From positions 123,809 to 155,808 of the forward strand of contig NZ_WNKU01000006.1 in the NCBI RefSeq assembly GCF_009720735.1: a DNA stretch of 32,000 bases. The letters run 5' to 3'. A program made the translations under genes and the position numbers. Below the pieces are notes generated by a model, which ran no database searches, was not told where the DNA came from, and saw only the letters and a program-made list of their open reading frames with translations. The first letter of the stretch is position 1. Every line of letters starts with the position of its first letter. Of the stretch, positions 8,769-17,861 are shown piece by piece. The stretch comes from Heliobacterium mobile (GTDB lineage Bacteria; Bacillota; Desulfitobacteriia; Heliobacteriales; Heliobacteriaceae).

Positions 8769-10544
8769 GTGGCCAAATACATCCGTTATATCGGCATCGA
8801 TTTCGGTACAAACAACACCGTACTATGCTGGCGATTGTACAATACAGAAACCAAAGAATGGGGACAAATCCATACCTTGAATGAAGGCACCTCCTCTACC
8901 ATCCCGTCCTTAATCTATGTCTCCGGAAATGGTGAACCTCTCTTCGGCGAAAAAGTGGCCTCTCGGATCAGTTACTACAAAAGTATGGGGGACAAGGGGA
9001 CCTTATATAACCGCTTCAAGATGGACATCCCCAGTGAAGACGAGAAAAAGCGGAAAGCCGCCTTCGATGCATCCGTAACTTTTTTGAAGTATCTTTACGA
9101 TCGTTATAAACAGCAACCGATCGATGCTCTTCCCAAAGAGGTAAAACCGTCCGATATTGAAGAGCAAACCTATGTGAGTTACCCCACCCGTTGGCCTCAG
9201 TTTGCCCGGCGCCTTACGGAAGAGGCAGTGTCAGCGGCTGGATTCAAAAATGTCAATATCGATCATAAATGTACCGAAGAGCCTTATGCAGCCTTTCGGT
9301 ATCTCCTGTTGCATTCGAATGAACAAGTCTCTCAGCTTGAAGCGAAAGGCATCCTCATCCATGGAAGACCGGTCTTTGTGCTCGTGGTCGATATGGGGGC
9401 AGGCACGACGGACGTGTCCTTAATTCGATTCGTACCGGGAGACGCCGAGGATAAGCGAAACGAAGTCCTGTTAAACTACCCATCGCCATCGAATGATGCT
9501 GAAGCCAAAAAATGGACCTTCGGCGGTGGCGATATCGACAACGCCTTAATGGATTTGTTGAAAAACTTCCTCGTCAGCGACGCCAAAGAAGTGTTGAGCT
9601 CCTACGCGGAATGGTCGGAGGAACCTGTAGACAAGCTTTTGCAAGATCTGCTCTACCCTTTGAACATTCGAAGTTGGAAAGAAGAGAGCGTCAACTCGGT
9701 CCTGTCCGACAACAAAACCTGCACCACCTTCCCCAGCTCGTTTCATGGAATGCTAGCCAAAAAACTCCCTCCCTTGCGCCTTGACCGCACGACCTATGCC
9801 AAATACTGCGGCGATGGAATGAACCGCTTTTGCCATATCGTCAACGGTGCCGTCCAAAAAGCCATGGAACTCAAGCAGATCCCCAATGCCGAAGCCATCG
9901 ATCTCGTCGTATTGACCGGCGGTCATAGCAAGAGTTGGTTTGTTCGCGATTTGCTTTGTGGCAAAACCCTCCCGGGCACATCGACGACGATCGAACTGCC
10001 GAAGATCAAAAGAGAGCCAAACCGGATCATGCAGTGGAAGATCCCAGAGGAAACCGTCGCCCGTGGCCTTTGCACCTTATTGGAGTCGAAACCTTTTCGC
10101 CACCGCCTCACCCATTCCGTTTGGATTCGGGTCCAAGAAAAGTATTATGAACAATTCAAAGTGTCCAACTGCTCTGGCTGGAAGTGCCTCATCGATCACC
10201 GGGCAAGCGATATCATCCTTCCCGTGAAAAAGACAGCAACCCTCAATTTCACCGTCGAAAATCATCCCAAATACGATAACCTGCACTTTAATGTGGAGGT
10301 AGCCGTTGGCGAAACCCTCGATGAAGCCGTGAAAAAATCTTACCTCGCCGTCGTAGACCAATCGGTCGTGGCCAACCTCGTTGTCGACGTCATGTTACTA
10401 GGTACACGATGGTTGACGGATATCAGCGCCGACTACAGGATGGACAATACGATTCTGATCAAAGAAGACCTGTCCATCGACTGGAATTATGAACTGTCAG
10501 GCTATGGCGAACATGGCAATGGGAAAATCGAGTTGAAACCCTAA
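8769..10544 (+). CDS. non-canonical Hsp70/actin-fold ATPase (DnaK-like NBD plus beta-sandwich, no helical lid)
   Basis: IGIDFGTNNT (phosphate-1), VLVVDMGAGTTDVSL (phosphate-2) and DLVVLTGGHSKS (adenosine motif) are in Hsp70 order. The C-terminal beta-rich ~170 aa resembles SBD-beta. The GTG start lies 7 codons before IGIDFGT. Confidence 0.8.
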   Translation: MAKYIRYIGIDFGTNNTVLCWRLYNTETKEWGQIHTLNEGTSSTIPSLIYVSGNGEPLFGEKVASRISYYKSMGDKGTLYNRFKMDIPSEDEKKRKAAFDASVTFLKYLYDRYKQQPIDALPKEVKPSDIEEQTYVSYPTRWPQFARRLTEEAVSAAGFKNVNIDHKCTEEPYAAFRYLLLHSNEQVSQLEAKGILIHGRPVFVLVVDMGAGTTDVSLIRFVPGDAEDKRNEVLLNYPSPSNDAEAKKWTFGGGDIDNALMDLLKNFLVSDAKEVLSSYAEWSEEPVDKLLQDLLYPLNIRSWKEESVNSVLSDNKTCTTFPSSFHGMLAKKLPPLRLDRTTYAKYCGDGMNRFCHIVNGAVQKAMELKQIPNAEAIDLVVLTGGHSKSWFVRDLLCGKTLPGTSTTIELPKIKREPNRIMQWKIPEETVARGLCTLLESKPFRHRLTHSVWIRVQEKYYEQFKVSNCSGWKCLIDHRASDIILPVKKTATLNFTVENHPKYDNLHFNVEVAVGETLDEAVKKSYLAVVDQSVVANLVVDVMLLGTRWLTDISADYRMDNTILIKEDLSIDWNYELSGYGEHGNGKIELKP

Positions 10545-10568
10545 TGTGCAGATGGGCGGTGAACGATA

Positions 10569-13154
10569 GTGAAAATTTCAAAGCAAAGCAGTCAAGAGTT
10601 CAAAAAGCTGAGCCGGCCGATTGAAAAAAACTATGAACTACATATCCTTCCGGAAGAATCACAATGGAAAAACATCGTCAACTATGTGCTTGAACGGGCC
10701 TATTTGCAAGAACTCTCGTCGACAGAACAGTTTCCCGACGAAGCTGCCTTTGAGCAGAACCGGCAATTTTCTTGGATGCAAATCATTCGCATCCCTACAT
10801 CCCCTTCTGACGCACCCCATCCGTCCATTCAAGCACAATGGCAAAGTGTACTCAGTGCCTGCCACTGCTGGGGGAGCCGCTTTGTCTTTTTGCTGATTCG
10901 TCTGCAGGGAAAAACCTACCTTTGTCTAGGAAGCTGCAACTTAACAGGCAAGCTTTCCACCGAAGACGCGATACAGCAGCTCTGCCAAGCCGTTACCAGC
11001 CAGTTGGCAGGTTGTGAGATCAAGAAAATGAGCGAAGCAGAAGTCTATCGTACGATCGTAAGGCCGCTCGGCCGTTTCCCTGTTTTAGGCTGCGTTACTG
11101 GGATTCCATCCAAACGAAAAAATGTCTATGATTCTGATTTTGTTCAAACCTTAGATAAAGTTGCCTTCGGCCTGCGGGAACAAGATTTCGAAACGGACTA
11201 CGCCGTCGCCATAATCGCCGACCCGGTAAACGACGCGGAAATTGCCGAGATCATCGCCAACTATCGCGATTTTAGTTCCTCCGTCCATCAATGGGTCAAG
11301 CGAACGTCCACGACCAGCCAAGGCCAAGCCAAAGGGGAAAGCGTCAATGTCGGCGCATCGATCGGCTCCGGTAATCTCATTCCCGTCGATGTCAATGCCA
11401 GCGTAGGCTATGCCCGCTACAACGTCGATATCAACTCCCAATCGGTGGGCACCGAACTGGTCGATAAGATGGCCAAATATACAGAAGAACTAGTCGATAA
11501 ACACATTCAGCGGTTGCAGCAAGGCCGTAATCTCGGTTTCTGGAATGTGAGCGTCCATGTTCATGGCAACGACTACGCCACTACCCAAACCATCCTTGGG
11601 CTGCTCCGTTCCATATACTCCGGCGATGAATCCTATATTGAACCGATTCGGTTACACATCCTCCCCCCCGGCACAGGAGCGGCCACCTATGCCAAAGCAT
11701 TCAGCCATATTCCCCTGTCGAGCACGTTAAATCGACCCAAAAGCTCCTCCTGGGAAAATCCGCTCGGCCGCATCCTCGGCATGGCTTCCACCCCGATGAA
11801 TACAGAAGAACTGTCCATCGCCTCCAGCCTTCCACGCAAAGACGTTCCGGGCCTTCGCTTCGTCCGCAATGCCGTACGTTTTGCCACCAATCCGCCCATG
11901 CTCAAAGATAAAAACGCACCAACCATGAAGCTCGGCCGGATTATGGACACAGGCATCCGCCTATCGAGCCAATATACCTTCAACATCCATTCACTCACAC
12001 GGCATGCCTTTGTCACCGGCATCACCGGCAGCGGGAAATCGACTACCTGCCAGCAGATCCTCCGCGAAGTCGTCACATCGACAGAGGCACCCGTGTTCAT
12101 TCTCGAACCGGCGAAAGAGGAATATGTCAAGTGGGCACATGAAATGAATGAATCGTTGCCTCCGGAAAAGCAATTTTTCATTTATATGCCCGGAAACTTC
12201 GTCGATTCCAACCATTATAAAAAACTGCGGCTCAACCCTTTTGCCCCTGCCGTGGAAAAAGGGGCGACTGCCGATCATTATGGTCGCTGCGAACGACTAT
12301 CGACGATCTTCTCCACCAGTCTACCCATGGATGGAATTCTCCCTTACATTTTTGAAGAAGCCCTTTTTGAAACGATGCGGATCGCCTTAGCCGATGAAAG
12401 GTGCCCCGACCACGGCGTATGCCCCAGCTTACAGGAATATCCCACCCTTGAGGAAGTTCGAGAGATTGCCCTTTGCTTGCTTGCCACGCGAGGATATACG
12501 AGCGATTTTACAGACCAGTTGAAAGCAGCCATCACGACGCGGATTAACGCACTACAGCGGGGCTTTAAAAAAGACCTCTTCGGCTGCACAGCATCGACGC
12601 CCCCGACCGAACTCTTTGGCCGAAATGTGGTCATCAATTTGAGTCGACTCGCCAATGAAAAAGATCGGGCTTTGGTCATGTCTTTATTGTTAACGAACCT
12701 GTTTGAATACAGAAATGCGAAATATCAGCATGATTCGGCCTATCGCAGTAAAGCGAATGAAGGTGAATTATGTCATCTAGCGGTCATTGAAGAAGCCCAC
12801 AGGATTCTGAGAAATCCCCAGATGGATTTCAATAATACCGGAAATCCCCAGTCGGCCTTAGCCTCTCTTTTCAGCGAAATGTTGACGGAAATGCGCAGTT
12901 ATGGGCAAGGCGTGATGGTCGTCGACCAAGTCCCGTCCGATCTCATTCCGAACGTCATGAAAAATACCAATTTAAAAATCGTCCATCGCTTAGTTTCCCG
13001 CGACGACTGTGAAGCGGTAACCGCATCGATGAGCCTCAAAGAAGAACAAAAGGATATCATTGGCCTTCTGCCGATCGGCGAAGCCATCGTCTGCGGTGCT
13101 TTCGATGATGCAGCGGCCTGGGTGGAAGTAGATGGCGGGGGGACAAGACGATGA
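10569..13154 (+). CDS. FtsK/HerA-superfamily (DUF87-like) P-loop NTPase with large unassigned N-terminal region
   Basis: 861 aa. Walker A is GITGSGKST (about 12019-12045). Walker B is LAVIEEAH (about 12776-12800), followed by VVDQVPSDL and KIVHRL. The preceding MNTEELSIASSLPRKDVPGL segment is typical of HerA/VirB4-like ATPases. I could not assign the first ~480 aa. Confidence 0.75.
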   Translation: MKISKQSSQEFKKLSRPIEKNYELHILPEESQWKNIVNYVLERAYLQELSSTEQFPDEAAFEQNRQFSWMQIIRIPTSPSDAPHPSIQAQWQSVLSACHCWGSRFVFLLIRLQGKTYLCLGSCNLTGKLSTEDAIQQLCQAVTSQLAGCEIKKMSEAEVYRTIVRPLGRFPVLGCVTGIPSKRKNVYDSDFVQTLDKVAFGLREQDFETDYAVAIIADPVNDAEIAEIIANYRDFSSSVHQWVKRTSTTSQGQAKGESVNVGASIGSGNLIPVDVNASVGYARYNVDINSQSVGTELVDKMAKYTEELVDKHIQRLQQGRNLGFWNVSVHVHGNDYATTQTILGLLRSIYSGDESYIEPIRLHILPPGTGAATYAKAFSHIPLSSTLNRPKSSSWENPLGRILGMASTPMNTEELSIASSLPRKDVPGLRFVRNAVRFATNPPMLKDKNAPTMKLGRIMDTGIRLSSQYTFNIHSLTRHAFVTGITGSGKSTTCQQILREVVTSTEAPVFILEPAKEEYVKWAHEMNESLPPEKQFFIYMPGNFVDSNHYKKLRLNPFAPAVEKGATADHYGRCERLSTIFSTSLPMDGILPYIFEEALFETMRIALADERCPDHGVCPSLQEYPTLEEVREIALCLLATRGYTSDFTDQLKAAITTRINALQRGFKKDLFGCTASTPPTELFGRNVVINLSRLANEKDRALVMSLLLTNLFEYRNAKYQHDSAYRSKANEGELCHLAVIEEAHRILRNPQMDFNNTGNPQSALASLFSEMLTEMRSYGQGVMVVDQVPSDLIPNVMKNTNLKIVHRLVSRDDCEAVTASMSLKEEQKDIIGLLPIGEAIVCGAFDDAAAWVEVDGGGTRR

Positions 13155-13783
13155 AAAGTGGACGCGAGAAAAAGCCCTCCCTTCTTTCATCATGGTGGGA
13201 TAAGGTGACAACTAAAAAAACCTTCGTTGACGAAACGGTGATGGAAGAATCGGAAGACGCTCCATCGGAAGAACTTGATACCCCGGTTTGCCAAGCTAGC
13301 GAAGCCGAAGATACAAATCCGCTCATGTCCGCCCAAGAAGAATTCCAAGCACGTCTGAGCGATTTTCGCGACTGTTACGAACAGTTATATCGGGGGGTAC
13401 AAGGAGAAGAGGAACTCCTTCGCAATGCGATCGTCGAATGGTCCTATCGGATCGATAAAGAAAAATCTGGTCCCCTATCTCGATACTGGAATCAACTGGT
13501 TCAATCAGAAGGACTCGGCAGCGAACCGAACAAGTGGAATCAGTCCCCTCTGTTTATGCTGCAAAGGCTCGGCGAAACATGGTTAGCCCTCATACAAGAA
13601 TGGGGCGTCCGAAGAGATTCGATCGAAAATCCTGCTCCCTTTTCGATCGACTTGCTCGATAAGTACAGCTTTTTGGGAACGGCTGAACCCAACCAGCCCG
13701 TGTATGTACTCCGTTACGCCTGGTTATTTGGGGACAGGATTATTGAAAAAGGGGAACTGTCAAGAAAAAATCAATCCTTTTGA
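13151..13783 (+). CDS. acidic hypothetical protein, translationally coupled to the NTPase
   Basis: 210 aa. Its ATG overlaps the upstream TGA (ATGA at 13151-13154). It has an acidic, low-complexity N-terminus and no motif I recognise. Confidence 0.65.
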   Translation: MKSGREKKPSLLSSWWDKVTTKKTFVDETVMEESEDAPSEELDTPVCQASEAEDTNPLMSAQEEFQARLSDFRDCYEQLYRGVQGEEELLRNAIVEWSYRIDKEKSGPLSRYWNQLVQSEGLGSEPNKWNQSPLFMLQRLGETWLALIQEWGVRRDSIENPAPFSIDLLDKYSFLGTAEPNQPVYVLRYAWLFGDRIIEKGELSRKNQSF

Positions 13784-13792
13784 TACGGAAGT

Positions 13793-13838
13793 AAAAAAAA
13801 CCCCGTACGACTCCAATGAGGCGGCGGGGGATTTCTCT
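13793..13838. terminator. weak bidirectional terminator candidate between convergent genes
   Basis: An A8 run, then a ccccg ... cgggg 5-bp stem with a ~19-nt loop, then atttctctt. The structure is poor. Confidence 0.3.
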
Positions 13839-13881
13839 TCATAAACGTTTCGCTAGGGTAAAACTGTACGAATCGTCATTT

Positions 13882-15264
13882 TCAACTGTTCTTATCCAAA
13901 AAATCAGACAGGATTTCCTTTACCAGTTGATAGTTTTCTCTTCCTGCTTGATATTCGCAAGAAGATCCCGTCATGTGATTTGCCTCAAAGTTCGGTCTAT
14001 TATTATTAGTTAGGATCTGACCCTTTGCAACCATTAATTGATAAGATGATGGAATGATAAAATCATGAGCGTACGCTTTGACATTGAGTTCGCCAATTCC
14101 GTTCTGGTACTGATTAATCCTATCGGCAATCAACGGGTTAGAAATAGGCTGGCTTATCTTCTCATCCATGATCCGCTGATTAATGATTTTCTCGGCTTTG
14201 TCGTAATCGATATCAATGGACATGTTTGCTCGACTTTTTGCTAAATAAGAAAGGTTAGAGAAATCCGGTTCCGCAGGAGGAAGTGAATTCAAAGCTCGAT
14301 TTAACTGATACTTAAATACGTCATGAATCACCATCGCCGCTTGCGGATGAAGTATATCTCGCAGGCTGTTATTTGTCGATAGAATCGCTCTTTGTTTTAT
14401 ATCCACCGGTTGATTGACACATGAAAGAACAGACAGGCCTTCGTTTAACCGTAGAATGTTAAGATCAAAAAAAGCTGTCTTCGGATCGCCTAACAATCCT
14501 CCCAGCCAATCTAACCAGTTATCAAGCATTGCAATCAGTTCTTTTGCATAATCAGGGCATAGATTTTGAAGGGTGTTTCGAATATGTTTTAGCGTGGCAT
14601 ACACCCATTCAAACAAATCGCCTTGTGGTCTTTTTTCATGATTAGATAGTTCCTCCGCTTCCCCGAATAGTTTAATGCTTATGCAGGACAAAAGCTCAAA
14701 CAACGCTTCGGCAATATTTTCTCGATTATTCGGGTTGGCAAGAGGAGAGCCAAAGAGCGGACTGGAAATAGTGATAACAGCATCGATGACCCGTTTCTTC
14801 TTCTCCTTATTGAAAACATATTGATCGAGATAGGCCAGATATTTCGCCACCAATCCTCCTTGGCTGTAACCGACCAGTATGTTCGGAGCTGTTTTTTCAA
14901 GAATATCATAATACCCTATGAACTTGTCCGTCGCCATATAGCATCCGGTTTCCTTTTGGCTTCTTCCGTCCCAGTAATACTTGTAGTCCGGTTGTCCTTG
15001 TTTAGCGTAGAACGATTGAATCGCTTTTAACTCAGGGTATGCAGCCCCTTCTTCAAATCTTGCGCCGACACACTTGGCAATATCCGGGACAAAGTATTCC
15101 GGGCCAGGCATTAGATTATATTTGTTATCGTCGACTGGTTGCTTGTTGAAAGAAGTTCTTTCCCCAAGCGTTAATCTGTTGCCAAATGTACGATTAAAAT
15201 CTTCTACATTGGCTCCAATAATATCGGCGGCTTTGTTTAAACACCAGAGGGTTGTCTTGTTCAT
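13882..15264 (-). CDS. alpha/beta-hydrolase fold lipase/esterase
   Basis: GAAAGGAGAG lies 6 nt upstream of ATG 15264; the track GTG at 15282 overlaps the RBS. It has the nucleophile elbow LVGYSQGG (GxSxG). The gene is visibly more A+T-rich than its neighbours and is monocistronic. Confidence 0.7.
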   Translation of the reverse strand: MNKTTLWCLNKAADIIGANVEDFNRTFGNRLTLGERTSFNKQPVDDNKYNLMPGPEYFVPDIAKCVGARFEEGAAYPELKAIQSFYAKQGQPDYKYYWDGRSQKETGCYMATDKFIGYYDILEKTAPNILVGYSQGGLVAKYLAYLDQYVFNKEKKKRVIDAVITISSPLFGSPLANPNNRENIAEALFELLSCISIKLFGEAEELSNHEKRPQGDLFEWVYATLKHIRNTLQNLCPDYAKELIAMLDNWLDWLGGLLGDPKTAFFDLNILRLNEGLSVLSCVNQPVDIKQRAILSTNNSLRDILHPQAAMVIHDVFKYQLNRALNSLPPAEPDFSNLSYLAKSRANMSIDIDYDKAEKIINQRIMDEKISQPISNPLIADRINQYQNGIGELNVKAYAHDFIIPSSYQLMVAKGQILTNNNRPNFEANHMTGSSCEYQAGRENYQLVKEILSDFLDKNS

Positions 15265-15600
15265 GTTTTCCTCTCCTTTCACATCTGCCTAACATTGCTT
15301 TCCTCGATCTACATCCTTCCGTCATCTATTTGCCTTATTTGCCTTTTTGAAAAATGACAGTGTTCAAATCCCCCCTAGCTAAAACATATGGATTTTCAAG
15401 GATTGCATTCGCACTTGTTATGTCTAGTCTGCGAACGCTCTAACTATTCCTATCTTTTCCACACTATTTCTTTCTTCTCCTCCCTGTTTCAGTATATAGT
15501 TGAATAATTCATTCGTTATCTTTCGTTTAAAGCAAAGTCCCTATACCTGGAATTGGTCAACAGTGAAGCAACGTTCGAACCAAAAGAAATAGTCCCCCAT

Positions 15601-16377
15601 TCACCCCGTTTGGGGTAACAGAGGACTATTCTTGGTATATCGAAAATGATAGTCAATCTTTGCTGGCCAAAGGACGAGGGCATTTTCTTCTCGAGGTGTC
15701 GGACCACTGTTATGGATAACCAGCGGAATCCCGTCGCTTCGGCGTCGATCGGAAACAACGCCTATATGCTCTAAAGAAGTCCCGAGCCCGAAGACAACGA
15801 TGTCTCCCGGTTGCCACTCAACAAGCTTGGCAGCATCACCAGAAACTACATCGGTCGTCAACATCTGCCCGTATCGCTTAAAGAAAACAACCAGGTTAGG
15901 AACACGGCGAAAATCAATGTTCGGATCGGGACGCATAGCCACACGAGGATAAGCCCGGGGATTTTTTCGGATGTCTTCATCGACCAAAGCTTTTAGATCA
16001 TAGCCGGCGTCTCGAAAAGCCCGCCAGACCACATCGGTGCAGACGCCCTCGGTATCCGGTGGATAACCACCGACGTAGTAGTTGCTTTGGTATATAGGTT
16101 TTCGGTCTACCTCACTCCGTGCGCCTGCCGCGATGTCGAGAGAATCATCAAGCCCATCCCCATCTCGATCCTGTCCTGAAAGCACTAATGATACGTCCAC
16201 TTTGGGTTCAAAGGGAAGACCGGACTGGGACAATAAACCTGAGCCAAGTTCGATGATTCCCCCAAGCATTCGCCCGGCCAATTGGGGATTTGCCGTCTTT
16301 AGCCACCCTATCGCAAGGGCAAAAACGGTGAAAATGCCAATCGCCAGGACCGCAACGTGGGGCCTACCTTTTTGCAT
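15601..16377 (-). CDS. DUF1287-family (NlpC/P60-like fold) membrane-anchored protein
   Basis: It has an N-terminal TM (VAVLAIGIFTVFALAIGWL). GVCTDVVWRAFRDAGYDL...NIDFRRVPNLVVFF...HIGVV matches my memory of DUF1287. A DRDGDGLDD Ca-binding-like motif is present. Confidence 0.65.
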   Translation of the reverse strand: MQKGRPHVAVLAIGIFTVFALAIGWLKTANPQLAGRMLGGIIELGSGLLSQSGLPFEPKVDVSLVLSGQDRDGDGLDDSLDIAAGARSEVDRKPIYQSNYYVGGYPPDTEGVCTDVVWRAFRDAGYDLKALVDEDIRKNPRAYPRVAMRPDPNIDFRRVPNLVVFFKRYGQMLTTDVVSGDAAKLVEWQPGDIVVFGLGTSLEHIGVVSDRRRSDGIPLVIHNSGPTPREENALVLWPAKIDYHFRYTKNSPLLPQTG

Positions 16378-16512
16378 CAGCTAAACCCGTCCAATCCCAA
16401 AAAGTACTCGTTTTCGCACCCTCTCACGAGAGTACATCATCTTTTCCGATTCGATGTACAGAATGCATCTATTGTCCTAACTGAGACGGAGAAACAGGGG
16501 AGAAAGTGGTTT

Positions 16513-16962
16513 CTATTGCCCGATTGACACCTCACCATGTTCGACAACGAGCTTCACTCGGGTCACTAGGGATCGTTCTTTGGTATTTTTGTTTTCCCGA
16601 ACGATTTCTATAGCACCCCCTGCCCGTAAAACAGCTAAAAACTCGTAAGGCCCCACACTGATGAGAGACTTTTCAGCTAAACTCAGGTTGCTTACTCCTT
16701 GCCAATCGATACTTCCATCAGGACGAATTACCGTAGCCCCCTCGGCTTTCCACTGGTCATACTGGGCTTGCCACTTTTCTGTAACTAACCGAACAAGTTC
16801 GTCCCGACTGACGTTTGCAGCCGTGTCGGCCATAGTCCCAGCCACCGATTGGGCTTGATTCACTACATCTTTGGCTTGATTGATCGCCGTTTGCTTATCA
16901 ACGGTGCCACAACCGGCCAGCAGTATCCCTGTGAGTGTGATGGTGGTGATTAATTTACGCAT
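16513..16962 (-). CDS. lipoprotein, hypothetical
   Basis: AAAGGAG lies 8 nt upstream of ATG 16962. The signal peptide MRKLITTITLTGILLAGC carries a lipobox. The longer track ORF (to 17082) lacks an RBS. Confidence 0.7.
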   Translation of the reverse strand: MRKLITTITLTGILLAGCGTVDKQTAINQAKDVVNQAQSVAGTMADTAANVSRDELVRLVTEKWQAQYDQWKAEGATVIRPDGSIDWQGVSNLSLAEKSLISVGPYEFLAVLRAGGAIEIVRENKNTKERSLVTRVKLVVEHGEVSIGQ

Positions 16963-17103
16963 ACATAAGACTCCTTTAACTTCTGGTTGGGCGACTAGCT
17001 CTAGCACTTTCCCTATGTCAAGATAAGAATTAGCTTTCGATAATCTGGTATTAAAGATACCGCAGAAGGAGATATAGTGCAATCGCTTCCGACCTGGACA
17101 CGT

Positions 17104-17697
17104 TTAACCCCCAAAATGCCTAACTCGAAATTCGACGCCGATTTGCTGTGCCAACTCCCGACAAGCTTCGATGTCTTTCACAGATATGACATCGACGACG
17201 GATAACACAACACGAGGAATGTGCTTTTTGCATTTGGCCGCAAAGTCCAAAACCGCTGGGAAGGCTTTTTCTCCATAAACCGGTTTGCATAACTCTTGGT
17301 ACTCTTTCGCGTTTTTTGCGTTTAAACTGATAGATATGATGTCTATCCATCCTTCTAATAAGGGCGTTATGTCCGATTTAAAAATCAGGATTCCGTGACC
17401 GTTTGTGTTGACTCGGATCGGGAGGTTATATCTTTCTTTGAGTTTCTTAGATATCTCAATAAGATCATACAGGCGAATCGTCGGTTCACCATACCCACAA
17501 AATACGATTTCACGGCATTGGGAGAGATCTCTTTTCTCGATGTCATCGAGAACTTCTTTCACAGTCGGTTCCCGCTCCAGCCATAGGTTGTATTCACCTA
17601 GACCAGCCGGGCTGTTTCGAACGCAAAAGTTACAATCACAAGTACAGCGGTTAGTTATATTCAGATATAAGGAGTTATCGATTGTATATGTAATCAC
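17104..17697 (-). CDS. minimal radical SAM protein (resembles the TatD-associated small rSAM family)
   Basis: 197 aa with a GTG start. It has NITNRCTCDCNFC (CxxxCxxC) at residues 16-24 and FCGYGEPT. There are no auxiliary domains. Confidence 0.7.
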   Translation of the reverse strand: MITYTIDNSLYLNITNRCTCDCNFCVRNSPAGLGEYNLWLEREPTVKEVLDDIEKRDLSQCREIVFCGYGEPTIRLYDLIEISKKLKERYNLPIRVNTNGHGILIFKSDITPLLEGWIDIISISLNAKNAKEYQELCKPVYGEKAFPAVLDFAAKCKKHIPRVVLSVVDVISVKDIEACRELAQQIGVEFRVRHFGG

Positions 17698-17861
17698 CGT
17701 CTATGATCCCTCTCTCACATTAGATCTTCGTACTCATCGTATGGAATACCTAGTTTTGTCCCATCGTGCTAAGTCAAAGAGACCAGTTTTTCACTATTGT
17801 AACACACAGAGTATCACCTTATTGTCCAATATGTAACTGTAAGCATGTAACATCGCCTAAT

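Noticed and set aside
8566-8884. Two overlapping plus-strand ORFs (104 and 70 aa) spanning the peptide/Hsp70 junction.
   Set aside because: They are out of frame with both well-supported genes and have no RBS. They are Pro/Ser/Arg-rich translations typical of off-frame reading.
15516-15758. 80-aa minus-strand ORF overlapping the 3' end of the DUF1287 gene.
   Set aside because: It is an alternative frame of a better-supported gene and extends into non-coding spacer. It has no RBS.
16963-17082. 40-codon N-terminal extension of the lipoprotein ORF.
   Set aside because: AAAGGAG lies 8 nt upstream of the internal ATG 16962, which starts a textbook lipoprotein signal peptide. The extension has no RBS.
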